Shown here piece after piece: positions 1-14,384 of a stretch of 64,000 nt of DNA. A program made the position numbers and the translations under genes. The DNA is from Chrysomallon squamiferum (Eukaryota; Animalia; Mollusca), in NCBI GenBank assembly GCA_012295275.1, contig CM022670.1, forward strand, positions 15,314,001 through 15,378,000. The letters run 5' to 3'. The notes under the pieces are model-generated. The model was not told the origin of the DNA and ran no database searches. It saw only the letters and a program-made list of their open reading frames with translations. Every line of letters starts with the position of its first letter. The first letter of the stretch is position 1.

Positions 1-837
1 AGCAAGCAAGAAAACAAAATAAACAAACAAATATAAACCGAGTTTAGGACTGAAATGTAAGATTAAGTATATATGACAAATAACAGAAATATGTTCTTAA
101 TATCTCTTCAGAGATAACATTACAGTTTATTGGCCTTTTTTCTCTCTTTTTTTTAACGATTATTTATTAATCTTTGAAATATTAATATATATTTTTCTTG
201 TTCTCCCTAGTGCGATCGCATAAAAATATATCAGACACTTAGTTTGATTTTACTGAATTTTTATCACTTGATTAACACTGTTTATTGAACTTTGAAATAT
301 TAAAAGATATAACACTGGAATGAAGACATTTTTTTCTGATTTAAGAAAGAATTATATTAGAAATATACTCCTGTTTATATGTCTCTTTGCCCCACTTTGA
401 TCGCAGTAAAACAATTTGTTTAATTTGAATGAATCTGTATCATCTATTTAACAAAATATTATTCTTCTAGTACATACACTTTTGATAAGTAAAATTAGTT
501 GTGATAGTAGTGGTAGTTGTAGCAAAAGTAATAGTGTTACAAGTGGTAAATTTGTACTAACAGAAGTAATTGTAGTAGTATTAGAAGTAGTAATGGCAAT
601 TGTAATAATAGTAGAAGTACTGGCAGTAGTTCTAGTAGTTATTGTAACAGTAACAGTATTTGTCCTAATGATGAATATGAAACTGCTGTAAATTCGTTAA
701 ACGTGTTAACAAAATTTTTCTTTTAACTAATAGATGTAGAGCACTAGAAACAACATAAATTTATATATCGAAGTCAAAATATTTCATGGTTAGTATAATA
801 CACTCAATCTCATTTTGATAAACATTACAAAAATAAC

Positions 838-884
<47 letters not shown>

Positions 885-1601
885 TAAAATAAATAAACAA
901 ATAGATAAATAATTCTGAAAATAAAATATGGTAGAAAAAGACAAAATTTAAATAAATAAATATTTAAAATAAAATAAATAAAAGGAAGGATGGAAGAAGA
1001 AGAACGTAATAATAATAAAATAATAATAATAATAATCAGAAATTGAGATGAGAATAGAAATAGCTATATATTACAAGAAGAATGAATATTTTAGATTTTT
1101 TTTTTTTTTAAGTAATAAACATGAAAGCGAATGAAGAGAACTGTAGGACTTCATCTAGAGCTGTGACAGATTTGTAATAATTGTTAAGCATTGACGTTTT
1201 ATTTTATAACAGGAAAATAACAAAAAGTTCTTTATGATGCTTAGTTCAGTCTCTCACATTAGCACACGGCACTTTCAATAACGTTCGCTAATTTAGTAGA
1301 AATAATTAGCTTTGTTATGGTATTTCATAGACGAGTATGTTTTTGTACGTCCGTTTATCAAAAGTACAACAACAAAATAATAATAATAAATAAATAAATA
1401 TAATTGAAAATAAAAAAACATAAAAAAAACTAACAAAACAATAATAACAAAAAAACAACAAAGAAAAAAACAAAAAAACCACACAAACAGTTAAAATAGA
1501 AAGAAAGAAAGAAAAAAGACAAAACCTATTCAAGGTGACTCCCTCTACTCTAGTTCGTAATACAAAGTGAAAACAATAAATCAGTATTTTGAGAACAAAT
1601 A

Positions 1602-1801
1602 AGGTCACACGTACTTGTCATTCTAGTAATTTTGATTACAGATTCATCTTAAATACGGAAACAGTACTTTTGAAAGTAAAATATAGCGGACATGATAAAA
1701 TGTTTTCTGCAAGATTCTGGGTATAAAAAGAGTAGCTGGAAGAACGTACAGCATCCAGCATCACTGACATTGTTTGAAAGTGTTCATCCTTCAGGGAAAA
1801 C
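1602..1801 (+). promoter_or_regulatory. Family A core promoter and non-coding exon 1 (copy A1; near-identical upstream of A2-A4)
   Basis: AGGTCA at 1602-1607, CGGAA at 1656-1660 and TATAAAA at 1722-1728, then a short exon ending at a GTAAGC donor (1802). The block is conserved at ~5090-5290, ~8575-8770 and ~13535-13735 while flanks diverge. Confidence 0.75.
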
Positions 1802-1927
1802 GTAAGCATTTTACTTTATTCAACATAAAACTTTCACTTTAAAGTTCTATTTTATTTAGTTATCTTCACACCATCGATAGTTATATGTGATTAATTTACA
1901 AATGTTACGTTGTTTTCAGAGTTCAAA

Positions 1928-2518
1928 ATGATGAAATTTCTGCTTGTTTTCTTGTTGGTGTGTTTGGTGATTGCCTCTGTTTCAAGCACATTCCTTGGTT
2001 ACGGTTATGGCGGTCTCTATGGCTACGGCTGGGGCTACCCATACCTTAACGGATATGGCGGATACTGGTATGGAAAAAGGTAAGTTATTTTTGTTTTTCT
2101 TGTTGTTGTTGTTGTTGTTATTAATAGTAATAATAGTAGTGCTAGTAGTAGTTGTTGTTGTTGTAATTGTGGTAGTAATGATTGTAGGACTAGCCGTATT
2201 AGATATATTGTTAGTAGTTTTAATTGTCATTTTATAGTAATACTAATAGGTGTACCTGTTGCAGAAGCAGTAGTAGTAGCAGCAGCCGCAATAGAAGTAA
2301 CGATAACAACAGTAGTAGTAGTTGTTGTAATAAAATCATAGTTTGTTGTGTTGTAAGATATTTCTTCTGCATTATAAATAATTGTTACTGTAAAAATAAT
2401 ATACTGTATACTTCTGTGAGACCATATTTCGATACAGGTGACTGTTTACAATATTTAATTTTAGAGTTATATTTGAATTTGAACACTGCTTCCTTTTTCT
2501 TTCTTTTTTAACAGGTGA
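1928..2518 (+). CDS. Secreted Gly/Tyr-rich peptide, family A copy A1 (51 aa)
   Basis: Coding exons 1928-2079 and 2515-2518 (AG|gtaagt...aacag|G TGA). Protein MMKFLLVFLLVCLVIASVSS-TFLGYGYGGLYGYGWGYPYLNGYGGYWYGKR*, with a hydrophobic signal peptide. AATAAA at 2586-2591. Confidence 0.9.
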
Positions 2519-4529
2519 AATGTTGCTGTGAAAATTAAAGATACAATTTCAAAAGACGGGTCCTTTTATGTTATGTTAAATACAGAATAAATTATTTCAG
2601 CAAACTTCTCTTGTTTGTCTTTTTAAATATTTATTTGATTATTATTCACACACTGACAGTTTCAGTCAACAAGTTCAGTTAGTTTAAAGTTTAGATAGGC
2701 AATTTCAGAAAATTAACTAAGTAAGAGAAATTTGGAGAGAAAAAAATGGCAAATGAAAGAAAAAATTAAGAATAGCTGAAATCGTAAATATCTGTTGACA
2801 TTTTTGTTGTTGTTGTCGTTCTTCTTCTTCTTCTTCTTGTTCTTCTTCTTCGTATTATTATTATTATTGATTCTAAAGAAGAAAAACAATGTCCAACTAA
2901 TAAAATTAGATTTTTACATTTATTAAAGAATAAAGTTAAAAGGTTATACTTATTAGCATTAATTCTCGTCATTTCTATTAAGAAAGACATATTTTTAATA
3001 CAATAAAGAATATTATCATTATTCTTGTTTTTGTATTTTAGGTTTGGTGTGTGTGTATTTCTTTTTATTATTATTCTTTTTCTCTCCTATCTGTTTAATA
3101 CATATTGCCACAAAATTAATATAAAGTAATGAGAAAGTATTTGAAGAACTTTAAAACATACATTTATACCCACAAGTCCCTGTTTTTGTCGTATTTGATG
3201 ACGATACGCTTCAAGATGAAAGGAATAAATAAATAATAGACACCGCAATTTATTTCTCCATTACTCTGCGTATTTCCATATTTATAACTACTGGAATCAG
3301 TTACATTATGAATGAGACATTATTAAACAGACTTGAACATATGCACAGTCAGCCATATCTAAAAAGATATCAGAGACAAAAAGAAAAGAAAAGAACAAAC
3401 TGAAAACAGAAAAAGAAATAAAGAAAAAAAGAAAAAGAAGAAGAAAAACAAACGAGGAAACAAAACAAACAAACAAATACAAATATAGTTTAGGAGTAAA
3501 ATGTAAGATTAAGTACGTGTATGACAAATAACAGAAATATGAGAAGCCAACAGTAATGTTAATGTTCTTGATATCTCTTCACAGAAATATTACAGTTTAT
3601 TATCCTTTTTTTATTTTTTTAAATGATTATTTATTAACCTTTGAGATATTAAAACAAATATAACACGCGAATGATGATAATTTTATTATCAGATTTAAGG
3701 AGGAATGACACTAGTTTGATCACATAAAACAAGATGTCAGACAGTTTGATTTGACTGAATTTTTATCGCTTGATTAACAATATTAAAAATTAACACTGGA
3801 ATAAAGATAATTTACTGTGGGTTTTCTGATTAAAGGTAGAATTGTATTAGAAATTTACTCCTGTTTATATTTTCTCTTTACCCTACTTTGATCGCAGTAA
3901 AACAATTTGTTTAATTTGAATGAATTTGTATCACCTATTTAACAAAATATTCTTCTTCTAGTACATTCATTTTTGATACGTTAATAGTGGTGATCATAAT
4001 AGTGCTAGTAGTAGTTGTAACAACAATGACAGAGCTACAGGAAGTATATTTCTACCAGCAGAAGTAATTGTAGTACTATTAAAAGTAGCGGTGGCAGTAG
4101 TATTGGTAATAGTAATAAATGTAGAAGAAGTGGTAGTAGTAGTTGTAGTAGTGGTTGTTTTTGTAAAAGTAATAGTATTGATCGTATTGGTAGCACTAAT
4201 ATTTGTGATGAATATCAAACTGCTGTACATTCTTTAAACGTGTTGAATAACGTTTGGTTTTAATTAACAGAAGTAGAGCACTAGGAACAACATGAATTAT
4301 TTTAAGTCAAAATATTTCGTGATTATTTCATTCATGTTAGTATAATGCTCTAATATCCTTTTGATAATCATAAAAAGTTTATAAAATAAAGTAAAATAAA
4401 TAAATAAATAAAAAAGTATATAAAAAAAAGTATTCAGAAAATAACAAAAGAAAGAAAAAAGAAAGAAAGAATTCAAATAAATAAATATTTAGAATGAAAA
4501 AAACGAAAGAAGATGAAAAAGATGAAGAA

Positions 4530-4561
<32 letters not shown>

Positions 4562-5415
4562 TAATAAAATAATAATAAAAAATAAAAATAATTTTAAAAA
4601 CAGTTATAAAATATTCTATCTTCTTGAAAAATATAGCTACTTCTATTGTAGTATCTGTTTGTAATTATTATTATTATTATTATCATTATTTATTTTATTT
4701 TTTTTAGATAATAAACATGAAAGCGAATGAAGATAACTTTACCATATCATCTAGAATTATGACAGTTGGTAATAAAAACTTATGGTGCTGAGTTCAATCT
4801 CTTTCATTAGTACAGTGCAGTTTAAATAACTTTGGCTAACTTCAGTAGAAATCAGTAACTTGCTTTTGTTATATCAAGGAAAAGTATGCTTCTGTATGTC
4901 AGTTTATTAAGCCAGTAGTACAAGCTAAATGTTAAAAAGAAAAAAGAAAGAAAAGAAAAGAATTTTTTTTTTTTTTAAATTAATAATATAAATATATTAA
5001 AAATAGCCATCATTTGTTCAAGGTGACTCTCTCTACTCTAGTTCGTAATACAAAGTGAAAACAATAAATCAGTATTTTGAGGACAAATAAGGTCACACGT
5101 ACTTGTCATTCTAGTAATTTTGATTACAGATTCATCTTAAATACGGAAACAGTACTTTTGAAAGTAAAATATAGCGGACATGATAAAATGTTTTCTGCAA
5201 GATTCTGGGTATAAAAAGAGGAGCTGGAAGAACGTACAGCATCCAGCATCACTGATTTTGTTTGAAAGTGTTCATCCTTCAGGGAAAACGTAAGTGTTTT
5301 ATTTTATTTAACATAAAACTTTTATTTTAAAATTCTGTTTTACTTAGTTATCTTCACATCATCAATAGTTATATGTGATTAATTTAGAAATGTTACTTTA
5401 TTTTCAGAGTTCAAA

Positions 5416-6052
5416 ATGATGAAATTTCTGCTTGTTTTCTTGTTGGTGTGTTTGGTGATTGCCTCTGTTTCAAGCCAATTCCTCGGTTACGGTTATGGCG
5501 GTCTCTATGGCTACGGCTGGGGCTACCCATACCTTAACGGATATGGCGGATACTTGTATGGAAAAAGGTTAGTTATTTTTCTTTTCGTTGTAGTTGTTGT
5601 TATTGTTGTTGTTATCATTATTATTATCATTATTATTAGTAGTAGTAGTAATAATGCCAGTAGTAGCTGTTGTTGTTGTAGTGGTGGTAGTGGTGATCTT
5701 AGAGGAAGTGGTAGGACTAGCAGTATTAGAGATATTGTTAGTAGTTGTAACAATTGTTGTAGTAGTAGTAATAGTAGTAGCAGTACCTGCTATAGAAGTA
5801 TTAGTAGCAGCAGCTGCAACAGGAGAAACAACAACAACAGTAGTAACTGTTGTAATAAAATCATAGTTTCTTGTGTTGAAAGATATTTCTTCTGCATTAT
5901 AAATAATTGTTACTGCAAAAAATATTTATACTGTATACTTCTGCAAGACCATATTTCGATATGCAAAGTATAAGGTGACTGTCTCTTTACAATGTTTAAT
6001 TTCAGAGTTACATTTGTGTTTAATCACTGCTTCTTCCTTTTTTAACAGGTGA
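5416..6052 (+). CDS. Secreted Gly/Tyr-rich peptide, family A copy A2 (51 aa)
   Basis: Exons 5416-5567 and 6049-6052, donor GTTAGT. Mature part QFLGYGYGGLYGYGWGYPYLNGYGGYLYGKR*. The 185-aa ORF in the track is read-through into the intron. Confidence 0.88.
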
Positions 6053-6327
6053 AATGTTGCTGTGAAAATCAAACAGGATTTCAAAAGACGGATCCGATAT
6101 ATGTCATGTCAAATACAGAATAAATTGTCCAGCAAACTTCTCGTGTCTGTCTTCTTAAATATTTATTTCATTATTTCTCTCACATTGACAGTTTTAGTCA
6201 AAAACTTCAGATGGTTTAAAGTTTAGACAATTATGTAAAATAAATTTCGAGAGAAAAATACATTTGAAGAATGAAGAATACCAGAAATGTTAAATATCTG
6301 TTGACGTTTTATTATTATTATTATTAC

Positions 6328-6390
<63 letters not shown>

Positions 6391-7799
6391 CGTTGTTGTT
6401 CTTATTGTATTTTAGTTTTTGGTGTGATTATTTTTTTTTTTTCTTTTTTGTGTGTCTCTTTAATACAAATTGGCACTAAATTAATATAAAGTAATGATGA
6501 AGTATTTGAAGTACATTATAAAAAATATATATATCCACATTTCCCTCTTTTTCTCTTACTCGTTGAAAATACGTTTCACGTTACTACGCAGATAGTTTTT
6601 CTCTGACCACAGGAATAAATACATAATAAACACCGCAGTTTATTTCTCTGTTAGTCTGTATATCATATTTCCGTAGTTATAGGTACTGGAATCAATTATA
6701 TTATGTATGAAACATACTTACAAAGACATACACTTTTGCACAAATAGTCATGTGAATAAAAATATCAGAGAAAAGAAATAATAATAATAATAATAACCAA
6801 AAAAACAATAAAAAACAAACAAAACCCCCCCACAAAAACCTCCCCAAGAAACGAAAGAAGGAAAAGAAAAAGAAAAACAAGCAAGGAAACAAAATAAACA
6901 AACAAATATAAACATAATTTAGGATTGAAATGTAAGATTAAGTACATGTATGGCAAATAACAGAAATATGTTCCTAATATCTTTTCAGAGATAATATTAC
7001 AGTTTATTGGCCCTTTTATTTATTTTTTAAATGATTATTTATTAATCGTTGAAATATTAAAATATATATATATATAATACTGGAAGAAAGATAATTGTAC
7101 TATCACATTTAAGGAGGAATGATACCCGAAATATAATTTTTCTTGTTCTCCCTAGTGTGATCGCATAAAACAAGATATCAGACACTTAGTTTGATTTTAC
7201 TGAATTTTATCACTTGATTAACACTGTTTATTGAACTTTGAAATATTAAATATTAAATATAAAACTGGAATGAAGACATTTTTTTCTGATTTAAGAAAGA
7301 ATTATATTAGAAATGTACTCCTGTTTATATGTCTCTTTGCCCCACTTTGATCGCAATAAAACAATTTGTTTAATTTGAATGAATTTGTATCATCTATTTA
7401 ACAAAATATTATTCTTCTAGTACATACACTTTTGATAAGTAAAATTAGTTGTGATAGTAGTGGTAGTTGTAGCAAAAGTAATAGTGTTACAAGTGGTAAA
7501 TTTGTACTAACAGAAGTAATTGTAGTAGTATTAGAAGTAGTAATGTCAATTGTAATAATAGTAGAAGTACAGGCAGTAGTTCTAGTAATTGTTATTATAA
7601 CAGTAACAGTATTTGTCCTAATGATGAATATGAAACTGCTGTAAATTCGTTAAACGTGTTAACAAAATTTTGCTTTTAATTAATAGATGTAGAGCACTAG
7701 AAACAACATAAATTTACATATCGAAGTCAAAATATTTCATGGTTAGTATAATACGCTAAATCTCATTTTGATAAACATTTAAAAAAATAACATATATAA

Positions 7800-7859
<60 letters not shown>

Positions 7860-7979
7860 TAAATAAATAAACAAACAAATAGATAAATAACTCTGAAAAG
7901 AAATAATGAAAGAAAAAGAAAGAATTTAAATAAATAAATATTTAAAATAAAATAAATAAAAGGAAGAAAGAAGAAGAAC

Positions 7980-8026
<47 letters not shown>

Positions 8027-8897
8027 CAGAAATTGAGATGAGAATAGAAATAGCTATATATTACAAAAAGAATGAATATTTTAGATTTTTTTTTTTTTTA
8101 AGTAATAAACATGAAAGCGAATGAAGAGAACTGTAGGACTTCATCTAGAGCTGTGACAGATTTGTAATAATTGTTAAGCATTGACGTTTTATTTTATAAC
8201 AGGAAAATAACAAAACGTTCTATATGATGCTTAGTTCAGTCTCTCACATTAGCACACGGCACTTTCAATAACGTTCGCTAATTTAGTAGAAATAATTAGC
8301 TTTGTTATGGTATTTCATAGACGAGTATGTTTTTGTACGTCCGTTTATCAAAAGTACAACAACAAAATAATAATAATAAATAAATAAATATAATGAAAAA
8401 AAAAAAACAAAAAAAAAAAACAAAAAAAAACAAAGAAAAAAACAAAAAAACCACACAAACAGTTAAAATAGAAAGAAAGAAAGAAAAAAGACAAAACCTA
8501 TTCAAGGTGACTCCCTCTACTCTAGTTCGTAATACAAAGTGAAAACAATAAATCAGTATTTTGAGAACAAATAAGGTCACACGTACTTGTCATTCTAGTA
8601 ATTTTGATTACAGATTCATCTTAAATACGGAAACAGTACTTTTGAAAGTAAAATATAGCGGACATAAAATGTTTTTAAGCAAGATTCTGTGTATAAAAAG
8701 AGGAGCTGGAAGAACGTACAGCATCCGGCATCACTGACACTGTTTGAAAGTGTTCATCCTTCAGGGAAAACGTAAGTATTTTATTTTATTTAACATAAAA
8801 CTTTCACTTTAAAGTTCTGTTTTATTTAGTTATCTTCACATCATTAATAGTTATATGTGATTAATTTATAAATGTTACTTTATTTTCAGAGTTCAAA

Positions 8898-9507
8898 ATG
8901 ATGAAATTTCTGCTTGTTTTCTTGTTGGTTTGTCTGGTGATTGCCTCTGTGTCAAGCCAATTCCTTGGTTACGGTTATGGCGGTCTCTATGGCTACGGCT
9001 GGGGCTACCCATACCTTAACGGATATGGCGGATACTGGTATGGAAAAAGGTAAGTTATTTTTGTTTTTCTTCTTCTTGTTGTTGTTATTAATAGTAATAA
9101 TAGTAGTGCTAGGAGTAGTTGTTGTTGTTGTAATTGTGGTAGTAATGATTGTAGTAGTACTGGTAGGACTAGCCGTATTAGATATATTGTTAGTAGTTTT
9201 AATTATCATTTTATAGTAATACTAATAGCTGTACCTGTTGCAGAAGCAGCAGTAGTAGCAGCAGCAGCAATAGAAGTAACGATAACAACAGTAGTAGTAG
9301 TTGTTGTAATAAAATCATATTTCGTTGTGTTGTAAGATATTTCTTCTGCATTATAAATTATTGTTACTGTTAAAATAATATACTGTATACTTCTACAAGA
9401 CCATATTTCGATACGCAAAGTATAAGGTGACTGTTTACAATATTTAATTTTAGAGTTATATCTGAATTTGAACACTGCTTCCTTTTTCTTTCTTTTTTAA
9501 CAGGTGA
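8898..9507 (+). CDS. Secreted Gly/Tyr-rich peptide, family A copy A3 (51 aa)
   Basis: Exons 8898-9049 and 9504-9507. Mature part QFLGYGYGGLYGYGWGYPYLNGYGGYWYGKR*. Changes in the signal peptide relative to A1 are synonymous. Confidence 0.9.
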
Positions 9508-10343
9508 AAAGTTGCAGTGAAGTTTAAAGATACGATTTCAAAAGACGGGTCCTTTTACGTTATGTTAAATACAGAATAAATTATTTCAGCAAACTTCTCT
9601 TGTTTGTCTTTTTAAATATTTATTTGATTATTATTCACACACTGACAGTTTCAGTCAACAAGTTCAGTTAGTTTAAAGATTAGATAGGAAATTTCAGAAA
9701 ATTTTGTAAGAGAAATTTGGAGAGAGAGAAAAAAATGGCAAATGAAAGAAAAAATTAAGAATAGCTAAAATCGTAAATACTTGTTGACATTTTTGTTGTT
9801 GTTGTTGTTCTTCTTCTTCTTCTTCTTCTTATTATTATTATTATTATTAGTATTGATTCTAAAGAAGAAAGACAATGGCCAACTAATAAAATTAGATTTT
9901 TACATTTATTAAGGAATAAAGTTAAAAGGTTATACTTATTAGCATTCATTCTCGTCATTTTTGCTAAGGAAAAAAATGTGTTTATTGCAGTAACGCATAT
10001 TATCATTATTGTTGTTGTTGTTGTTGTTTTTGTATTTTAGGTTCGGTGTGTGTCTTTCTTTTAATTATGTTTTTTTTTCTTTCCAATCTGTTTCCACAAA
10101 ATTAATACGAAGTAATGAGAAAGTGTTTGAAGAACTTTATAAAACATATTTATATCTACATGTCCCTCTTTTTGTTTTATTTGGTGAAGCCAGGTTTCAG
10201 GAATAAATAAATAATAGACACCGCAATTTATTTCTCCATTACTCTGCATATTTCCATAGTTATAGATTCTGAAATCAATTAAATTATCTATGAAACATAA
10301 TTACACAGACATACACATATGCATAATTAGTTATATAAGTAAA

Positions 10344-10415
<72 letters not shown>

Positions 10416-10660
10416 ACAAAAAGAAAAGAAAAACAAGCAAGGAAACTAAACAAACAAAGAAATATAAACATAGTCTAGGATTAAAATGTAAGATTAAGTA
10501 CATGTATTAAGAATAAAAGAAATATGAGAAACCAACACAAATGTTACTGTTCTTAATATCTCTTCACAGAAATATTACAGTTTATTATCCTTTTTTATTT
10601 TCTTAAATGATTATTTATTAACTTTTGAGATATATATAAAAAAAATATAACACGCGAATG

Positions 10661-10945
10661 TTGTTATAATAAAATCATATTTTGTTGTGTTGTAAGATAT
10701 TTCTTCTGCATTATAAATTATTGTTACTGTTAAAATAATATACTGTATACTTCTACAAGACCATATTTCGATATGCAAATCATAAGGTGACTGTTTAAAA
10801 TATTTAATTTTAGAGTTATATTTGAATTTGAACACTGCTTCCTTTTTCTTTCTTTTTTAACAGGTGAAATGTTGCTGTGAAAATTAAAGATACAATTTCA
10901 AAAGACGGGTCCTTTTATGTTATGTTAAATAAGAATAAATTATTT
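10661..10945 (+). pseudogene. Orphan family A intron-2 remnant and terminal exon (5'-deleted copy)
   Basis: cag|GTGAAATGTTGCTGTG terminal exon at 10864 with AATAAA, preceded by the distal half of intron 2. It is joined at ~10660 directly to intergenic sequence, with no promoter or coding exon. Confidence 0.8.
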
Positions 10946-11204
10946 CAGCAAACTTCTCTTGTTTGTCTTTTTAAATATATATTTGATTATTATTCACACA
11001 CTGACAGTTTCAGTCAACAACTTCAGTTAGTTTAAAGTTTAGATAGGCAGTTTCAGAAAATTAACTAAGTAAGAGAAATTTGGAGAGAAAAAAAAATGGC
11101 AAAATGAAAGAAAAAATTAAGAATAGCTGAAATCGTAAATATCTGTTGACATTTTTGTTGTTGTTGTTCTTCTTCTTCTTGTTTTTGTTGTTGTTGTTGT
11201 TGTT

Positions 11205-11235
<31 letters not shown>

Positions 11236-12897
11236 TTATTATTATTATTATTATTATTGATTCTAAAGAAGAAAAACAATGTCCAACTAATAAAATTTGA
11301 TTTTTACATTTATTAAAGAATAAAGTTAAAAGGTTATACTTATTAGCATTCATTCTCGTCATTTCTGCTAAGGAAAAAATTTGTTTATTGCAATAACGCA
11401 TATTATCATTATTGTTGTTGTTGTTGTTGTTTTTGTATTTTAGGTTTGGTGTGTGGGTATTATTTTTAATTTTTTTTTTTTTCTTTCCAATCTGTTTAAT
11501 ACATATTGCCACAAAATTAATATAAAGTAATGAAAAAGTGTTTGAAGAACTTTAAAACATACATTTATACCCACAAGTCCCTGTTTTTGTCGTATTTGAT
11601 GACGATACGCTTCAAGATGAAAGGAATAAATAAATAACAGACACCGCAATTTATTTCTCCATTACTATGCGTATTTCCATATTTATAACTACTGGAATCA
11701 GTTACATTATGAATGAGACATTATTAAACAGACTTGAACATATGCACAGTCAGTCATATCAAAAAAGATATCAGAGACAAAAAGAAAAGAAAAGAACAAA
11801 CTGAAAACAGAAAAAGAAATAAAGAAAAAAAGAAAAAGAAGAAGAAAAACAAACGAGGAAACAAAACAAACAAACAAATACAAATATAGTTTAGGATTAA
11901 AATGTAAGATTAAGTACGTGTATGACAAATAACAGAAATATGAGAAGCCAACACTAATGTTAATGTTCTTGATATCTCTTCACAGAAACATTACAGTTTA
12001 TTATCCTTTTTTTATTTTTTTAAATGATTATTTATTAACCTTTGAGATATTAAAACAAATATAACACGCGAATGATGATAATTTTATTATCAGATTTAAG
12101 GAGGAATGACACTAGTTTGATCACATAAAACAAGATGTCAGACAGTTTGATTTGACTGAATTTTTATCGCTTGATTAACAATATTAAAAATTAACACTGG
12201 AATAAAGATAATTTACTATGGGTTTTTTCTGATTAAAGGTAGAATTGTATTAGAAATTTACTCCTGTTTATATTTTCTGTTTACCCTACTTTGATCGCAG
12301 TAAAACAATTTGTTTAATTTGAATGAATTTGTATCACCTATTTAACAAAATATTCTTCTTCTAGTACATTCATTTTTGATACGTTAATAGTGGTGATCAT
12401 AATAGTGCTAGTAGTAGTTGTAACAACAATGACAGAGCTACAGGAAGTATATTTCTACCAGCAGAAGTAATTGTAGTACTATTAGAAGTAGCGGTGGCAG
12501 TAGTATTGGTAATAGTAATAAATGTAGAAGAAGTGGTAGTAGTAGTTGTAGTAGTGGTTGTTTTTGTAAAAGTAATAGTATTGATCGTATTGGTAGCACT
12601 AATATTTGTGATGAATATCAAACTGCTGTACATTCTTTAAACGTGTTGAATAACGTTTGGTTTTAATTAACAGAAGTAGAGCACTAGGAACAACATGAAT
12701 TATTTTAAGTCAAAATAGTTCGTGATTAATTCATTCATGTTAGTATAATGCTCTAATATCCTTTTGATAATCATAAAAAGTTTATAAAATAAAGTAAAAT
12801 AAATAAGCAAATAAAAATAGTATTCAGAAAATAACGAAAGAAAGAAAAAAGAAAGAATTCAAATAAATAAATATTTAGAATGAAAAAACGAAAGAAG

Positions 12898-12963
<66 letters not shown>

Positions 12964-13037
12964 TAATAAAAAACAGTTATAAAATATTTTATCTTCTTGA
13001 AAAAATATAGCTATTTCTATTGTAGTCTCTGTTTCTA

Positions 13038-13103
<66 letters not shown>

Positions 13104-13859
13104 TATTTATAATTTATTTATTTATTTTATTTATTTATTTTTATTTTTAAATAATAAACATGAAAGCGAATGAATATAACTTTACCATATCATCTAGAAT
13201 TATGACAGTTGGTAATAAAAACTTATGGTGCTGAGTTCAGTCTTTATCATTAGTAAAGTGTAGTTTAAATAACTTTGGCTAATTTCAGTACAAATCAGTA
13301 ACTTGTTTTTGTTATATCAAGGAAAAGTATGCTTTTGTATGTCAGTTTATTAAGCCAGTAGTACAAGCTAAAAATTAAAAAGAAAAAAGAAAGAAAAGAA
13401 AAGAAACTAAAATAAAAAAAAAATAATAATAATATAAATAAATTAAAAATAGCCATCATTTGTTCAAGGTGACTCTCTCTACTCTAGTTCGTAATACAAA
13501 GTAAAAAAAATAAATCAGTATTTTGAGAATAAATAAGGTCACACATACTAATCATTCTTGTAATTTTGATTACAGATTCATCTTAAATACGGAAACAGTA
13601 CTTTTGAAAGTAAAATATAGCGGACAAGATAAAATGTTTTCTGCAAGATTCTGGGTATAAAAAGAGGAGCTGGAAGAACGTACAGCATCCAGCATCACTG
13701 ACATTGTTTGAAAGTGTTCATCCTTCAGAGAAAATGTAAGTGTTTTATTTTATTTAACATAAAACTTTTACTTTAAAGTTCTGTTTTATTTAGTTATCTT
13801 CACACCATCAATAAATATATGATTAATTTATAAATGTTACTTTATTTTCAGAGTTCAAA

Positions 13860-14036
13860 ATGATGAAATTTCTGCTTGTTCTCTTGTTGGTGTGTTTGGT
13901 GATTGCCTCTGTTTCAAGCACATTCCTTGGTTACGGTTATGGCGGTCTCTATGGCTACGGCTGGGGCTACCCATACCTTAACGGATATGGCGGATACTGG
14001 TATGGAAAAAGGTAAGGGTTTGTTGTCTTCTTCTTC

Positions 14037-14091
<55 letters not shown>

Positions 14092-14384
14092 ATAATAGCA
14101 GTAGTAGTTATTGTTGCTGCTGTAGTGGTAACGGTGGTGTAGTAATAGTGGCAGGAGTAGAGGTACTAGTCCTAGAAGTGGTTGTTGTTGTTGTAATACA
14201 ATTAGCAGTGTTAGTTATAATACAATCATATTTTTTTATACTGTGAAATATTTCATTTGCACTATAAAATATTGCTAGTGTTAAATTATTTCTACTGTAT
14301 ACTTCTGCGCTAAGCAATGTGACTGTCTCTATACAATGATTCTGGTTCACTGCATCGTTTTCTCTTTTTTTTTTTAACAGGTGA
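13860..14384 (+). CDS. Secreted Gly/Tyr-rich peptide, family A copy A4 (51 aa)
   Basis: Exons 13860-14011 and 14381-14384. MMKFLLVLLLVCLVIASVSS-TFLGYGYGGLYGYGWGYPYLNGYGGYWYGKR*. Confidence 0.9.

Noticed and set aside
5568-5973. 185-aa ORF with a Ser/Cys-rich tail
   Set aside because: It is read-through into intron 2 of A2; paralogs have a stop at the donor and a conserved downstream exon.
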